Origin: a virus
Taxonomy: Duplodnaviria > Caudoviricetes
Virus record (IMG/VR): IMGVR_UViG_3300033434_000004
Span: 1-50,283 of that record
Length of the DNA: 50,283 nucleotides
Direction: 5' to 3' (one strand)
Positions 19,301 through 27,403 of the stretch are shown piece after piece (the first letter of the stretch is position 1; every line of letters starts with the position of its first letter). A program made the translations under genes and the position numbers. A model generated the notes under the pieces. That model made no database searches and was not told where the DNA came from. It was given only the letters and a program-made list of their open reading frames with translations.

Positions 19301-21597
19301 TTTGGTTGGGTTGCAGTAGACGGCTGTGCCTGTACCGTGCTATTAAGCTGTTCTTCGGCATTGTCAAATCTTCTTGCAGCTAAAGCATTCACACGATCTG
19401 TAAGCTGCTGCCCTTGTTCTCTCCTTGCAGCTACGTCAGCCGCTTGCTGTTCCAGCGCTTGTGTGGTGACGTTATCCTCGGCTATCTGCAGCATTTCGTC
19501 ATCTAACACACCCTCTTTAGCGGCGGGTGGAAGGACATTACGATTTACAAGTTCGTTGACTACTGTGTTTAAATGATCTTCTTTACCTTGCTGCATAAAA
19601 GACTTAGCAGCTTTTAACAGCGTTTGAGTAGGCATTTTAGTAGCCTGAAATCTGAGAGCACCAACAGTTGATGCGTCCTCTTCGAGTGCTGCACGATCTG
19701 CCGCCTGTGCCGCCTCTAATGTTTGATTAGGTTCAGCAGGAGCCGTCCGCGCTGCTTGTGGTTCACTTTGATCTGTAATATCTAAAATATCCTGAGCTTC
19801 AGCCGTCTGAGCTACGGGGGTTTGTCTCATTATTATACCATCTTGTGCCTGGGGCTGTTCCGTGGCCGCTGTAGGTTGTTTAGTACTAATTAAGTCATCA
19901 AGCACGCCATACTGTTGAGCTATTTCCACCAGACCAGGAACTCCACGCTTAAGCTGCTTATCAAGGAACGCAGTTTCTTCCGGATTATCGGATACCTCAG
20001 AACGTTGTGTAGCCAGTTGCTTTAATGCGGCTACTTGTTCCTGTGTAGCATTAGCATTAAAAGCCTGTATTTGTTCAGCGGATATCCCTGGAAGGGTATT
20101 GCCCCGGACACTACCGCCAGCAGTGCTGGGATTCCCCAGAGCTGCAAGAACGCTGTTTCGATAGTCAAGGGTACTCATATTACCATCAGACAATTTGGCA
20201 AGCTGGTCATCTGATAAGTTAACCCTACCAGGGCCAGCATGCCAAGCTATGGCAACCTTGCCCCAATCACCTCCAAATTCATCGTAGTACTCTTTGAACT
20301 TATTACTAGCTACGATTTCCTGGTTTTCAGGGGTGAGGGGAGCATCAGGAGATAAGCCGGCATTTTCAGCCCACGTAGGCCAATTGCTTTGCATGATTTG
20401 ATATTTACCAAGCGCACGGTCCCCGTCAATTTCCGGGCCTACAGCATCATAGTTACCACCTGACTCGATGTCAGTTATAGCCGATTTAAACGTGTCAATC
20501 TGGCTTCCGAAATCGCTTTTCGTGGGTGCGTTATCTCTAGAAGATATGAAGTGACCGCCTGCACCATAAAGGGCGCCAGTACCGGCGCCCGCCGCGAAGT
20601 TTGCTTTCAGTTCATCGTCAAAATTTAAAGGGTTCCACTGTGGTTGGTTATCAGATAAAGCACCGAGAGAACCGCGTTTAAGGTTTTCTTGTGCTACTTC
20701 TTCACTGCCCTCCATTACGCTGTTTGACAGCAACCCAGCGAATAACGCTGCCTTAGGGTATTTGTCTATTCCTTGGTTCGCCATTTTAGGTAGAAGCTGC
20801 CGTAGGTAAGGATTCCCGAAAGTGACAGCAAATTCAGCAGCGTTTGAAGCTCCTAACAAACCCATGTTCTTCCAGAAGGTGCTTGAGCCAATGTTCTTGG
20901 CATCTTGTTCGGACGCGCCTTTTTTTACAGCTTGTTCATACGCGTCCCCGGCTTCTGTCATGGCTTCAAATGTTGAAGGTGGTATTGTACCACCGGCGAG
21001 GCCAGCAGCGCCGACAGCGTAGTCAGCAGCACGACCACCTACTCCAAGCGCAGACAATGCCTTAGTAGCCGCACCTGCAGCTAGTTTACCTCCGCCGATA
21101 CCTAAGGGCAACGTAGCGAGGGTAAACGGTGTTGATTGTATAATAGATGAACCTATACCGTACTGATTAACTTTGCCGTCAGTATCTTGAGCGTCAATAA
21201 TTTTTTGAGATTCCCGTTCTCCTACGCCTTTTAAATAGTCGCCAGTAGTATCCGCCCCGGCCCACTTTAACCCAGAGCCTACACCTTCAACAAATTGGGT
21301 TGTACCTAGACCGAAGTCAGCACCTAAATTTTTCCCTGTCTGTGTAGCCGCTCTTGGTCCGAAAACGCCAGCAGGACCAAAGCTGGCCAGCTTAGTTAAT
21401 AAACCGTCCTTTGGTGTTACTTCAGGGGGTGGCACAGCGGCGGCGTTTGCCTTATCTAAAGCTCCGGTTAATGACTGTTGCCTAACATCACCTATCATGC
21501 CTGTTATGTCAAAGGATGAATCACCGCCACCAGTTTCCGGACTTGGGGTTGTTCCACCACTTCTTACGTCTTTAAGTAAATCATCAATATAATCCAA
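10336..21597 (-). CDS. Giant polyvalent (DarB-like) virion/ejection protein: SLT, adenine MTase, strawberry-notch SF2 helicase, MuF-C-like domain
   Basis: IESGGNY...GKYQIM (SLT); FEPSAGIGG and VIMNPPF (N6-MTase); GDGTGLGKG, FDEAH, QGFGRTHRS (strawberry notch); KHDL...LPEQINDPIMVFKS (MuF-C-like); follows ejection genes. Confidence 0.9.
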   Translation of the reverse strand: MDYIDDLLKDVRSGGTTPSPETGGGDSSFDITGMIGDVRQQSLTGALDKANAAAVPPPEVTPKDGLLTKLASFGPAGVFGPRAATQTGKNLGADFGLGTTQFVEGVGSGLKWAGADTTGDYLKGVGERESQKIIDAQDTDGKVNQYGIGSSIIQSTPFTLATLPLGIGGGKLAAGAATKALSALGVGGRAADYAVGAAGLAGGTIPPSTFEAMTEAGDAYEQAVKKGASEQDAKNIGSSTFWKNMGLLGASNAAEFAVTFGNPYLRQLLPKMANQGIDKYPKAALFAGLLSNSVMEGSEEVAQENLKRGSLGALSDNQPQWNPLNFDDELKANFAAGAGTGALYGAGGHFISSRDNAPTKSDFGSQIDTFKSAITDIESGGNYDAVGPEIDGDRALGKYQIMQSNWPTWAENAGLSPDAPLTPENQEIVASNKFKEYYDEFGGDWGKVAIAWHAGPGRVNLSDDQLAKLSDGNMSTLDYRNSVLAALGNPSTAGGSVRGNTLPGISAEQIQAFNANATQEQVAALKQLATQRSEVSDNPEETAFLDKQLKRGVPGLVEIAQQYGVLDDLISTKQPTAATEQPQAQDGIIMRQTPVAQTAEAQDILDITDQSEPQAARTAPAEPNQTLEAAQAADRAALEEDASTVGALRFQATKMPTQTLLKAAKSFMQQGKEDHLNTVVNELVNRNVLPPAAKEGVLDDEMLQIAEDNVTTQALEQQAADVAARREQGQQLTDRVNALAARRFDNAEEQLNSTVQAQPSTATQPKGFTGRKIQPTAFSLGSDTNVEQPEISSPEFQPNRSIEVGTTVYHPTNGAPLEVVDASDPGMLNVKTPNGTTFNIGRKAVLLDNPKQQAPQAPQAPQAPQEEAVAVAQPTQEPSQEAPNLDNMRTAYEGVAKELFNGQTHSRAIGLKTLQQRMKMPNAEFVNLISEIQKANIPGVELGFARNQEKAVRVSTPTGEQRYSSITFYPSEAEQSTKEPVIEETRKEPKAAEQKRVEKVEEPKAKEKPVVKKESSSNSVKDVVESKQEEKPEEEKPVAKEYPKAVSAVGDWVLSRLKDGKKFTSDELFSQADEAFGGTQAENKYTSKDAYDALELGVNRFILESEQVNPAKAATAEEASKAVDYLKEHILSIIPTQTKRTAEMDEFQQFSTPPHIAYVASWVSGVNKNDTAFEPSAGIGGIASFAKAAGAEVIANELSERRASIIKELPFDRVFTENAEQINNILPADVKPTVVIMNPPFSSTAGRVQGERKTVNATQHIEQALKRLQPGGRLVAIVGRGMSDDAKSFQSWWKKIKSEYNVRANIGIDGKDYTKYGTGFDVQILVIDKTGKTEQPTITGNVDSAGEALPILEAVRNDRASTGDRRGEQAPDKSSSKELPKESRGESGPDSGAVSVSTDRVGDKERSGGGKSGSERPAGSYRKTNVDDKTTESNEVPPSNRGRRQPDTSGTEQPESAGNTGGRSSVPSESASDTDGRIKVEQADTKAKDSELSDSTFDAYYPQKLKVPGAKKHPTALVQSAAMAAVEPPSPTYSPNLPKNLITDGTLSIAQLEAIVYAGQSFEQTLPDGTRKGYFVGDGTGLGKGREIAGVILDSLRNGKKKAVWVTKNDPLYSDAVRDWEALGGKKDQLFKLSKYKLDDSVKQADGIMFVPYGTLSSNLEVGNSGEVTTKKGKNSRLDQITEWLGKDFDGVIAFDEAHKMANSVATKGKRGVKKASAVGLSGIELQKRFPNARITYVSATGATEVGNLAYASRLGLWGEGTAFADVNDFISQIDEAGLAAMELVARDMKAMGVYIARNLSYDGVTYGTITHELNADQKEIYDTMARGWQTVLQNINKALEATGAVDAAGKVKNPNAKKNALGQFWGSQQRFFNQILTSMQMPAVVEDVRKQIKAGNAVVMQLVNTNEATQNRKIAEMDEDQPIEDLDLTPKDILLQFLDKSFPTQQFEDYKDEDGNKRSRPVVDSKGNHVENAEATAMKNNLMSKLGAMKVPDGPLEIIINTFGTKNVAEVTGRQRRVVKEKNEDSGRIEGRIERRSPSHNAADVKAFLSDKKNILVFSDAGGTGQSFHAGADMKNQRRRIHYLIQPGWRADNAVQGFGRTHRSGEVSQPHYTLVTTNLKGQKRFISTIARRLDQLGALTKGQRDAANQGLFTAKDNLESDYARDALQKFYTDMLKGQYKELPATETLTKMGLSSLLPDNNQKRESLDQNTLRDVPKFLNRLLALESDDQNKVFDRFSESLDGIIDQQIANGTLDSGMENYKALSVDVKEEKTVYIDPRSGAETKYINLEATQDNKPFTWNKMRSLNNFMGIYKNEKSGKVWAVRRGITRTDDYGRVTDTYFLQSPSANRFRTVTESDFKGDNWKKIGVDDDKAQEAWEEAVAAEPKTRKEDLHIITGAILPVWDRLPKGNAKVYRVQTSDGRRFIGRIIQEKDVDQTLRKFDTERSINYTPREIQDKIRRDNNTVTLTNGWQLSRRRVSGENRIELTGDNLWKFDDQLTKNGVFKERINWDTRYFLPIGEKFEEAFTALTKDRPVTDVAPASESQATRLNSGFDPTGGKFDDVDLSEMLTPYVNKTREAIPQLVEVGKQVILDGNTSVKSFGSKMRELLGGLWNNFKSVMNDVYQQATKAVNNENGRIRMFSNSFSKDLDAWKAGKLNPGTEVTIGNTPGILLNLGAKQLPIEISQNTIAKAVNPKGVAGGKHDLTIDLLKQLPEQINDPIMVFKSATRPEDSFVILTELKDKNGSSVIASIALDVRHSKHKANAISSVYGKNDSVKFIQAQIDEGRLLYVHNKKSQTLARTFGLQLPEIVPMNDSLSSILQQKKNNVNIKDILSNERGSVSLNLLKKKEPNPNITLNNKEEPGRINGIDRAMSSTSRLAKRYPAIKPFLNLAETAMEKQEQLRNHFKHRTQKWEKVLKQGNAKENTKKMYDILLAGDLDGKQYSDAELKEKGANGAVIKAYKMVRTAFDHAWKIANEVRQQLTTESKTMNKAGLEKLQQNKFAKILDTKQKGADEFVVTWQQPRIFETTQVISKTQLDLLKQDENVQILSEKLDSVTGYTLPEQAGYVRGDDFYEVHYQSQTPPIAHKSGYIPHFFHEWMIREKVTDENGNETYRTVGSGRTPNEALKKAEALAKDYPDAEIVIQPKTYTFPDGMSNASVMGDKDYARMTKKIAEELSINLADAKDVLGDTVKMRSKHRYLGNLFRKRTGAAGFETDLDWVIGSYFNQVSRYVALDPFKQKAMSRFERFFGDFANEDKMTETAKFIKRYIEDVNGKPTDNEKWWNDVISHSWIGKHITSYYGERVALQLSSDVQRAVAGLSLGLFNVGSAMLQLTQMINFHSKIGTKYTLSGMKAGLKPNRREKMILHRAGIDSSLSIETNGYSRNPSGKGPGGAGIVSKAASTALQGLDLSTQPFRAMDVWLRRAAALGAYQKAVDEGKTREDALMYATEINKETNFEYGVHDTPEFIRQGGPLRQLLFQFKKYPIKQLELMGDIVSNGGFAENMRFWLPFLAISGIWGVPGVGVIFSILKGLFDFDPEEKMKKAALEWAGKDKAKLAIVQLPLYGALAPIAGVDVSKRAGIGDAIPTTVLDLLGPTVGKTTQFATALGQGNTIAALKAFSPGLGNFAQAYAGEVTGKRDRVKTVYDTAGERLARGLGFVPIDEALERDTKRIIRAEENERSAKVTGAIDAYIKNPSKENSEKLQELKISAKRVRQEAQKKGKTDLERTLQGVSKKRRSDYDDLTDAND
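13106..13214 (+). ncRNA. Antisense promoter plus structured small RNA within the polyvalent gene
   Basis: TTGACA-N17-TAGTAT; AAAGAGTCA/TGACTCTTT and CATTGG/CCAATG outer stems; TCGGGC-AATTGGA-GCCCGA inner hairpin; T tail. Confidence 0.65.
17163..17528 (-). CDS. Nested out-of-frame gene (121 aa) inside the polyvalent-protein linker
   Basis: GGAGGCGG RBS at 17535-17542 before ATG; globular composition; spans exactly the low-complexity linker of the main frame. Confidence 0.6.
   Translation of the reverse strand: MIVRQQEIDAVNKHPINQVAKSFLKKAGENPDPTAGLYLYQLIEWGIKNGAVEVNQEVSGLLEVTEKLTSMIKPQKAMKFLLVTEDGDNQTQAVLNNLKAQETPEDAAAYLANQLQIQMDA
19002..19041. repeat. 9-bp tandem repeat x4 (QAP repeats)
   Basis: CTTGGGGTG x4. 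Confidence 0.9.
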
Positions 21598-21614
21598 GTA
21601 CTACCCACCCCCGA

Positions 21615-23120
21615 TTAATAGCTACCTATTTTATAGCCTTTCGCACTCAAGCCTGAGTCAATATCCCTTTTCGCCAATTCACGGCGCCTATCTGGGTTAG
21701 GCTCGTCATCAACATAGGCTGCTTCACGCTTAGTAATTAAACTTTGGTACTCGTCCGGAGTTATCAAATTATTAAGCGTGTTATATGCGGATTTGTAAGT
21801 TTCTATCATTTTTTGACCGTCTGCCGTCTTAGCTAAATCGGTCATAGTGCCGTCCTTTATGGCTGTTTGCACTACGTTTATAGCCGATTTTTGCATATCA
21901 TTCAACTTCCCTGTACCCTTACTCTTTTCAGCCTCAAGTTTTAAGTCATACATGCCCTTTTTATCTATACCTAACAACGTGGTATAGTTGCCCATTTGTT
22001 CAAGAAGTACTCTGGTAGCATTATCCTTGTCAGTTTTAGTTAATGTTGTATCAGATGCTAATATATCTTTCGGATCAAGGCTCTTAGGAGCTAATGATGA
22101 ACCCTTAATCCCGGTTTTCTTATCGATTAACGTTGACCCTATACTTCCACCATAATCTGTATCGTGGATAGAATAGTCAGGCTGACCCGCTTTATAGTAT
22201 TCCGGAGCGTTCTTACCACCCATAAGTAAGTCATAAGCAATCAAAGCTGTATTTCGGGTATCGGGATCCTTCGACGTATTCAAGGTATTAATCACAGAAG
22301 CAAGGGCCTGTTTCTTGGCTCCCTCTTCTTCAACAGCTTTTTGTCTTTGCGCAGCACTATCATAATACTGTAAACCCTGCGCGATAGCTTGCGGACTGTA
22401 TCCTTTACTTTTAAGCTGATTTGCTATCGCTAATCTTCTGTCTTCGGGATCTGTACTATCTAGCCCTAAAGCCTTTGTTCGTTGGTCAATCTGCGCTTGA
22501 CGTGTGCCTATGTCTCTACTAATATTAGCTAAGTTATCACTGGAAGCAGCGTTACCCGTATTCTGTGCACTAGCTGAAGCTGTAGCTGGCCTGTTATTCT
22601 GAGCATTGAACGCATTTACAGTGTTCTGAAAGTCTGCAGCAGACAGGTCAGATCCAACGTTAATTCCGTATCGTTGTGCGTCAGAAGATATACTATTACG
22701 CAATGCATTAGCTTTATCAGCTATTGCCGCTTGATACCCAGTATTACCCTCACTTAATTCATACTCCTTTTTCAAGTTAGCTAGATCAGTAAGTTTTGTA
22801 CTTAGGTTACTCCTGGCCTGTCCCTGTGCGTCTGCTCCGTACTGTTGGTCTATTGCATTTGCGTATTTATCACTATTTGCAATTTCCGAGGTTGCTTTCT
22901 GTTCTGCGGTTCCAGGACCGCCTAAATCTCGCCCCTCCTTTCGAAAGGCCGCAAGATCATTCTGAACATTAAGGCTGTCTTCCTGCTCTTTTTTCTTTGC
23001 GTATCCTCTTGAATAGGTACTGTCAATACCGTTGTCATACTGCATTTTCCCTATTGCGCCAGTAATACCACCTATTAAGCTGAGAGGTACATTTAATATA
23101 TCACCTAAAATATTTGCCAT
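21615..23120 (-). CDS. Putative internal virion (DNA ejection) protein
   Basis: Helical A/Q/K-rich; position between pilot-like gene and giant ejection protein. Confidence 0.6.
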   Translation of the reverse strand: MANILGDILNVPLSLIGGITGAIGKMQYDNGIDSTYSRGYAKKKEQEDSLNVQNDLAAFRKEGRDLGGPGTAEQKATSEIANSDKYANAIDQQYGADAQGQARSNLSTKLTDLANLKKEYELSEGNTGYQAAIADKANALRNSISSDAQRYGINVGSDLSAADFQNTVNAFNAQNNRPATASASAQNTGNAASSDNLANISRDIGTRQAQIDQRTKALGLDSTDPEDRRLAIANQLKSKGYSPQAIAQGLQYYDSAAQRQKAVEEEGAKKQALASVINTLNTSKDPDTRNTALIAYDLLMGGKNAPEYYKAGQPDYSIHDTDYGGSIGSTLIDKKTGIKGSSLAPKSLDPKDILASDTTLTKTDKDNATRVLLEQMGNYTTLLGIDKKGMYDLKLEAEKSKGTGKLNDMQKSAINVVQTAIKDGTMTDLAKTADGQKMIETYKSAYNTLNNLITPDEYQSLITKREAAYVDDEPNPDRRRELAKRDIDSGLSAKGYKIGSY

Positions 23121-23134
23121 ATACCTATCACTCC

Positions 23135-23863
23135 TTATTTACCGGTTAAAAGGGAGGCTATCCCTGTGTCTGATGACTCGGTTGATGATGACGACGTTGT
23201 TGGGTTCTTAACAAGGCTAAAATAACTTAGCATATCAGTAATATCATCATCGTCCACACCTAACTGCCGCAGGTATTCGGTGTACTGTTTATCAAGAGCG
23301 GTTTGATTCGTTGTTTGCTCCGTTGTACCTTCATCATATAAAGTAGAATTAAGGTCTGCTAAGGTATTTGCAGCGTTTAGCTGATTTGTACGCTCGTTAG
23401 TATAAGCTGTACTATAAATACTGTTAGCGAGATCAGACAGTGTATCTGTTGCTGAATCTGCTTGATTCTGCAGACTCTCCATCCGCGCAGATGAATTATA
23501 CAAACCTCGTGTATTGAATTGACTGTTTACGTTGTCGTTGGCTGTTCCTAAACTTTTACTAACATCATCTGCAGCAGCCTGGTACGTTGCTTCTAGATAC
23601 TTGTTAGTTGAAGGGTCTAGGTAGTCACCACTTGCTGTGTCAGATATTACGGAGTCGTTAATTAAATTACTCAAATTACTTGTTGCTGTGGTTTGGGTAT
23701 CTGTAAGTCCTGCACTTAAATCTCCTGTATATGCGCTAGCATCTGTGTCTAGGTTACTTTTTAAGAGATCATAAAACTCACTTAACTGATCTGCATAATC
23801 ACCGGAATATGGTTCCGTTGACGAACTGGACGTTTTCGTGGTGCTCCCAAACAAACTACTCAT
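23135..23863 (-). CDS. Putative DNA transfer/pilot ejection protein
   Basis: S/T/D-rich; G.YLDP..N.YL and F..RGLYNSS motifs typical of podovirus ejection proteins. Confidence 0.6.
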   Translation of the reverse strand: MSSLFGSTTKTSSSSTEPYSGDYADQLSEFYDLLKSNLDTDASAYTGDLSAGLTDTQTTATSNLSNLINDSVISDTASGDYLDPSTNKYLEATYQAAADDVSKSLGTANDNVNSQFNTRGLYNSSARMESLQNQADSATDTLSDLANSIYSTAYTNERTNQLNAANTLADLNSTLYDEGTTEQTTNQTALDKQYTEYLRQLGVDDDDITDMLSYFSLVKNPTTSSSSTESSDTGIASLLTGK

Positions 23864-23874
23864 TATATCACTCC

Positions 23875-24201
23875 TTACAAATTTTTCTGAAACAATCTTG
23901 GTCCTGGTCTATAGTCCTTAAATTTTCGTGCAAAGGCTTTTTCACGGTAAGTTACGAAATTACTTGTTTTACAGCCTTTTGTCTTAGCAAATAACTCTAC
24001 TGCATACTGAAACGGCTTAAAACTGACGCCTGGACGAACATAGGCAAACAGGGTATAACACTCGTCTTGCACGATACTGAAACAAATAAACCCGTCCTCG
24101 TTTACGATGGACAGGTTATCGGCCAATGCTTGCTTGACTTGGTCTGCCGTGTATCGTGATTTAGAGCGGTTGATGAAGTCGGTTATCATGTCATCTATCA
24201 T
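23875..24201 (-). CDS. Small GNAT-like virion assembly protein
   Basis: FAKTKGCK...T.R pattern; position before ejection genes. Confidence 0.5.
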   Translation of the reverse strand: MIDDMITDFINRSKSRYTADQVKQALADNLSIVNEDGFICFSIVQDECYTLFAYVRPGVSFKPFQYAVELFAKTKGCKTSNFVTYREKAFARKFKDYRPGPRLFQKNL

Positions 24202-24213
24202 TTTGTTCTCCTA

Positions 24214-24852
24214 CTAAAATTCAATAATTGTTAACGTTGATGGTGTTCGCATGTCACCACCACTAGTACTCCGATCATTAATGTACAGTGGGGTTACTGT
24301 TCCAGCCCACCCCGAAGTGCAACGAACATCGTAAGTTACTGCTGTAGTCGTTACAGGTGCGTCTACATAGTTTATAACGTGTTGTAGCATGTACGTAGTA
24401 TTATCAGCCGCACCGCCAATGTAAGTTGTCGCCTGCGATCCCGGCTCGTTACTGTTTCCGGTATGTGTTAAAACTGGTGAGCCGTTTCGGTATATTAAGG
24501 AGCTGGATACCCAAGTCATTGAACCGTTAATAACGGCCATAATTAAAAATTTACTACTTGCACTCTTAGGCGTAATAGTAATAGAAAGCCCCGTAACTGC
24601 CACGGGTGTTAAGGACGATATGGTTTGTCTAGTGGCCGGCGTTGTCGCGAAATGTGGAGCGAATACCCCCCCAATGTCAGCAGGAGTTAATACGTCGCTT
24701 CCTCCCGTAGCATGGGACGAAGAATGATCTAAAGCAAAATCCAGTATTTGATTAATCTTCGTATAAGCATCATAAAGAGCATTCCTGATCGTCTTTTCGG
24801 TCTGCGACGCTAATATGGGAACTTGAGATAGTCTTTTTATTTCTTCAGCCAT
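24214..24852 (-). CDS. Tail-associated protein
   Basis: H.SSHATGGSD.LTPADIG motif; ITPKSASSKFLI...STLTIIEF fibre-tip-like domain. Confidence 0.65.
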   Translation of the reverse strand: MAEEIKRLSQVPILASQTEKTIRNALYDAYTKINQILDFALDHSSSHATGGSDVLTPADIGGVFAPHFATTPATRQTISSLTPVAVTGLSITITPKSASSKFLIMAVINGSMTWVSSSLIYRNGSPVLTHTGNSNEPGSQATTYIGGAADNTTYMLQHVINYVDAPVTTTAVTYDVRCTSGWAGTVTPLYINDRSTSGGDMRTPSTLTIIEF

Positions 24853-26591
24853 TAGATTGCCCCCCGCTCGTCGTAATAAATTGAATAACCGGTTATTCTA
24901 AATGGTTGATCTTGCTTTAATGTAGCAAATTCAAACATCATATAACGGTCTGTTACATCAATATCAACCCACGGTGGGGATGTCTTATCTAAGCTCATGT
25001 TTACTTGTTGCGCCCACACAATTTCCTCATCGACATTCGCGGCAGTGCCAACACGAACTTGTAGGTTATACGGCCCTTCTCTTGATACCATAAATTGAAT
25101 ACGCTTTGCACGTTTTAACTTAAACGGATCATCAAAATCAAACAGCTTAGTTTGGATAAAACAATCTAAATCCGCACCATCTTTTGAGTGATTATCTAGC
25201 ACATAGATATTACCCTGTGTATCACCACAAAGGTTGATTGGTGCATTAGCTAATTTTGTACTACTATTCCAAGCGGAATCATCAGTATCCCAGGCGTCCT
25301 CGTCATTATCCCAAATCTGTTCATCTATTAGATTGTAATAACCAAACGCCGTCATAGGCATATCTCTAATTGACCAAGCTTTAGTATCAGTGTTGTATGT
25401 TAAAGCCTTATCTGGATACTCGTCAGGGCTACTAGTACTGACAAAAATAAACCACACCTCGGGTATCTCTTCAATAAAAAAACCCGTAGTCAGGTGTGAT
25501 TTAGATGGATCTAGTATATCAAAAAATGATTTACTGATGTTGTCACCGGCAATCTTAGGATCGATCAAGTCAAAAGAATAAATATTGTCCGGCCCTATAA
25601 AAATATGTTCATCCCCTAAATCCACAATTGCCCTAGGTGCGAGTAACCCTGTACCGATAATAGCAGGGCGTTTGTCCCAAATAAGGGAACCACCAACATA
25701 GGATAAAACTTGAATACTTCTTTCCTTATACGCCACCACGTAATTACCGAGGGGCATCAACCTTTGTCCCCAGTCAACACCGTCTGTTAAATCACCCCAA
25801 AAGGCTTCTCCGCTGCCGTCGTCATTCATCTTCCACTTTTCAATATTGTTAATCTGTGAAGTACGTAACCTCTGCGGACAAGATACGCCGTTTTCAGTGG
25901 TATTGAGTAACATGAGGAAGTTTGACGCAAACAGCATTGACTTTGCTCGAACGCTAGTTACACCGCCAAGAACTTCGGTCATACCCGCAAGATCAGCAAT
26001 AGTGTCGGTAATACCGTCCCAATATTTAATCGGGTTAACGCCGTTAGTGATTACAATTAAGTCCTGCGCGTTTTCGGTGAATACAGGATTATCGATAGAA
26101 CCGGTTAATAGATTGTCCCCTGTGATATCAATAAAAGTGTTGGTGATAGGATTGAGATAGTATACCCTCCTAGTTGTAACAAGCATCAAGAATTGGTCGC
26201 CATTGAACTTATAATAATTGTCAATAGCCATTAATTCCCCGTCTAACTGATTAACACCAACCTCTGTCCACGTTACTGTACCATCTACTACGGTACCACT
26301 GGCTGTGGTAGTCCACGTTGGCGTGGCAGCACTGGTAGTCCCAGCTGCAGTACATCGATATACATGCCGATTACTTACTGCAGGTTCCACATAATCACCA
26401 ACAACGTAACTAGTCGAGGCTAACCGAGTAGCCGGATGTGTAAAATGCTTTTCCCAGCCTTTTACTTTCTCAACGTAGCCGGCGCCAAAACTAATGTTAT
26501 TACCATCAGACCAAGCTGTATCCTTTATAAGGTTCTTAGGTAAATACTTGTTTAAACCTTCCGCAGGTGCGACAACGTTTTTCGTTTTCAT
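24852..26591 (-). CDS. Podovirus tail nozzle / head-stabilisation protein (P22 gp10-like beta-propeller)
   Basis: Size, propeller-like repeats, W-D-rich segment, position after adaptor. Confidence 0.7.
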   Translation of the reverse strand: MKTKNVVAPAEGLNKYLPKNLIKDTAWSDGNNISFGAGYVEKVKGWEKHFTHPATRLASTSYVVGDYVEPAVSNRHVYRCTAAGTTSAATPTWTTTASGTVVDGTVTWTEVGVNQLDGELMAIDNYYKFNGDQFLMLVTTRRVYYLNPITNTFIDITGDNLLTGSIDNPVFTENAQDLIVITNGVNPIKYWDGITDTIADLAGMTEVLGGVTSVRAKSMLFASNFLMLLNTTENGVSCPQRLRTSQINNIEKWKMNDDGSGEAFWGDLTDGVDWGQRLMPLGNYVVAYKERSIQVLSYVGGSLIWDKRPAIIGTGLLAPRAIVDLGDEHIFIGPDNIYSFDLIDPKIAGDNISKSFFDILDPSKSHLTTGFFIEEIPEVWFIFVSTSSPDEYPDKALTYNTDTKAWSIRDMPMTAFGYYNLIDEQIWDNDEDAWDTDDSAWNSSTKLANAPINLCGDTQGNIYVLDNHSKDGADLDCFIQTKLFDFDDPFKLKRAKRIQFMVSREGPYNLQVRVGTAANVDEEIVWAQQVNMSLDKTSPPWVDIDVTDRYMMFEFATLKQDQPFRITGYSIYYDERGAI

Positions 26592-26599
26592 ATCATCAC

Positions 26600-27403
26600 C
26601 TACAGCTTATAAAGATAGCATAATGAGTAGTATGGTGGTCTGTTTTCGTGTGCTGCGTTGCCACCAGCAGAAGCTGTTGTCACGGATACTGTACCTATAA
26701 CGTTATTAGTACCAGTAGCTATATAACTTGTACCCGCACCCGCTGATGTATTACAGGCTGTGCTTGACCAAGCGTGCGTATGAGCTGGCATCTCATCCCA
26801 AGACAGCGTATGTGTAGCTTCGCCACCAGTAACCCCTACACCATAACCAGAACCAGCACCAACTATAAACCTATCCATTAGATTAGGCGGCGTATATGTC
26901 CCGCCTTCCGGATGTGTTCTAGCCACGCCATTAGCTAGTACCCAACCAGTTTCTATGTCTGTAACAGCACCTGACCACATTTTAATGTCGCCTCTCCTAC
27001 CACCCGCTATACGCGCCCATGCTGTCCCACTGTAACGTTCAATAACCGCTAAATCAGTATTATACCCTGTCAATCCTGCAGTAAGAGTTGTAGGTCTACC
27101 TGCAACAGACCAATAACCTATACCTGATTTGTGTTTCCAAGTTGTACTGGCTAAATCATAATATTCCTCATAGCCTAACGTAGTATTGTAACCAGTTACC
27201 CGGTCAACAAGTTCATCACCCGTCGGCCTTAAGGCTGTTGTCCAAATCGCTGTACGTAAAGCTGTCTTTGTACTAGCCGGATAATTAGTTATTTCTGTTA
27301 AGTTATCTATCGTCTGCTGCTTTATCTCTCGTATCTGATCATCACCGAACTTCTTTTTATCCGTTCCGGCAGGCTTTGTCGCATCGATAACTGAGAACGC
27401 CAT
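26600..27403 (-). CDS. Tail fibre/collar-domain protein
   Basis: GDIKMWSG...GWVLANG...PNLMDRFIVGAG...GGEATHTL...EMPAHTH...HENRPPYY. Confidence 0.85.
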   Translation of the reverse strand: MAFSVIDATKPAGTDKKKFGDDQIREIKQQTIDNLTEITNYPASTKTALRTAIWTTALRPTGDELVDRVTGYNTTLGYEEYYDLASTTWKHKSGIGYWSVAGRPTTLTAGLTGYNTDLAVIERYSGTAWARIAGGRRGDIKMWSGAVTDIETGWVLANGVARTHPEGGTYTPPNLMDRFIVGAGSGYGVGVTGGEATHTLSWDEMPAHTHAWSSTACNTSAGAGTSYIATGTNNVIGTVSVTTASAGGNAAHENRPPYYSLCYLYKL

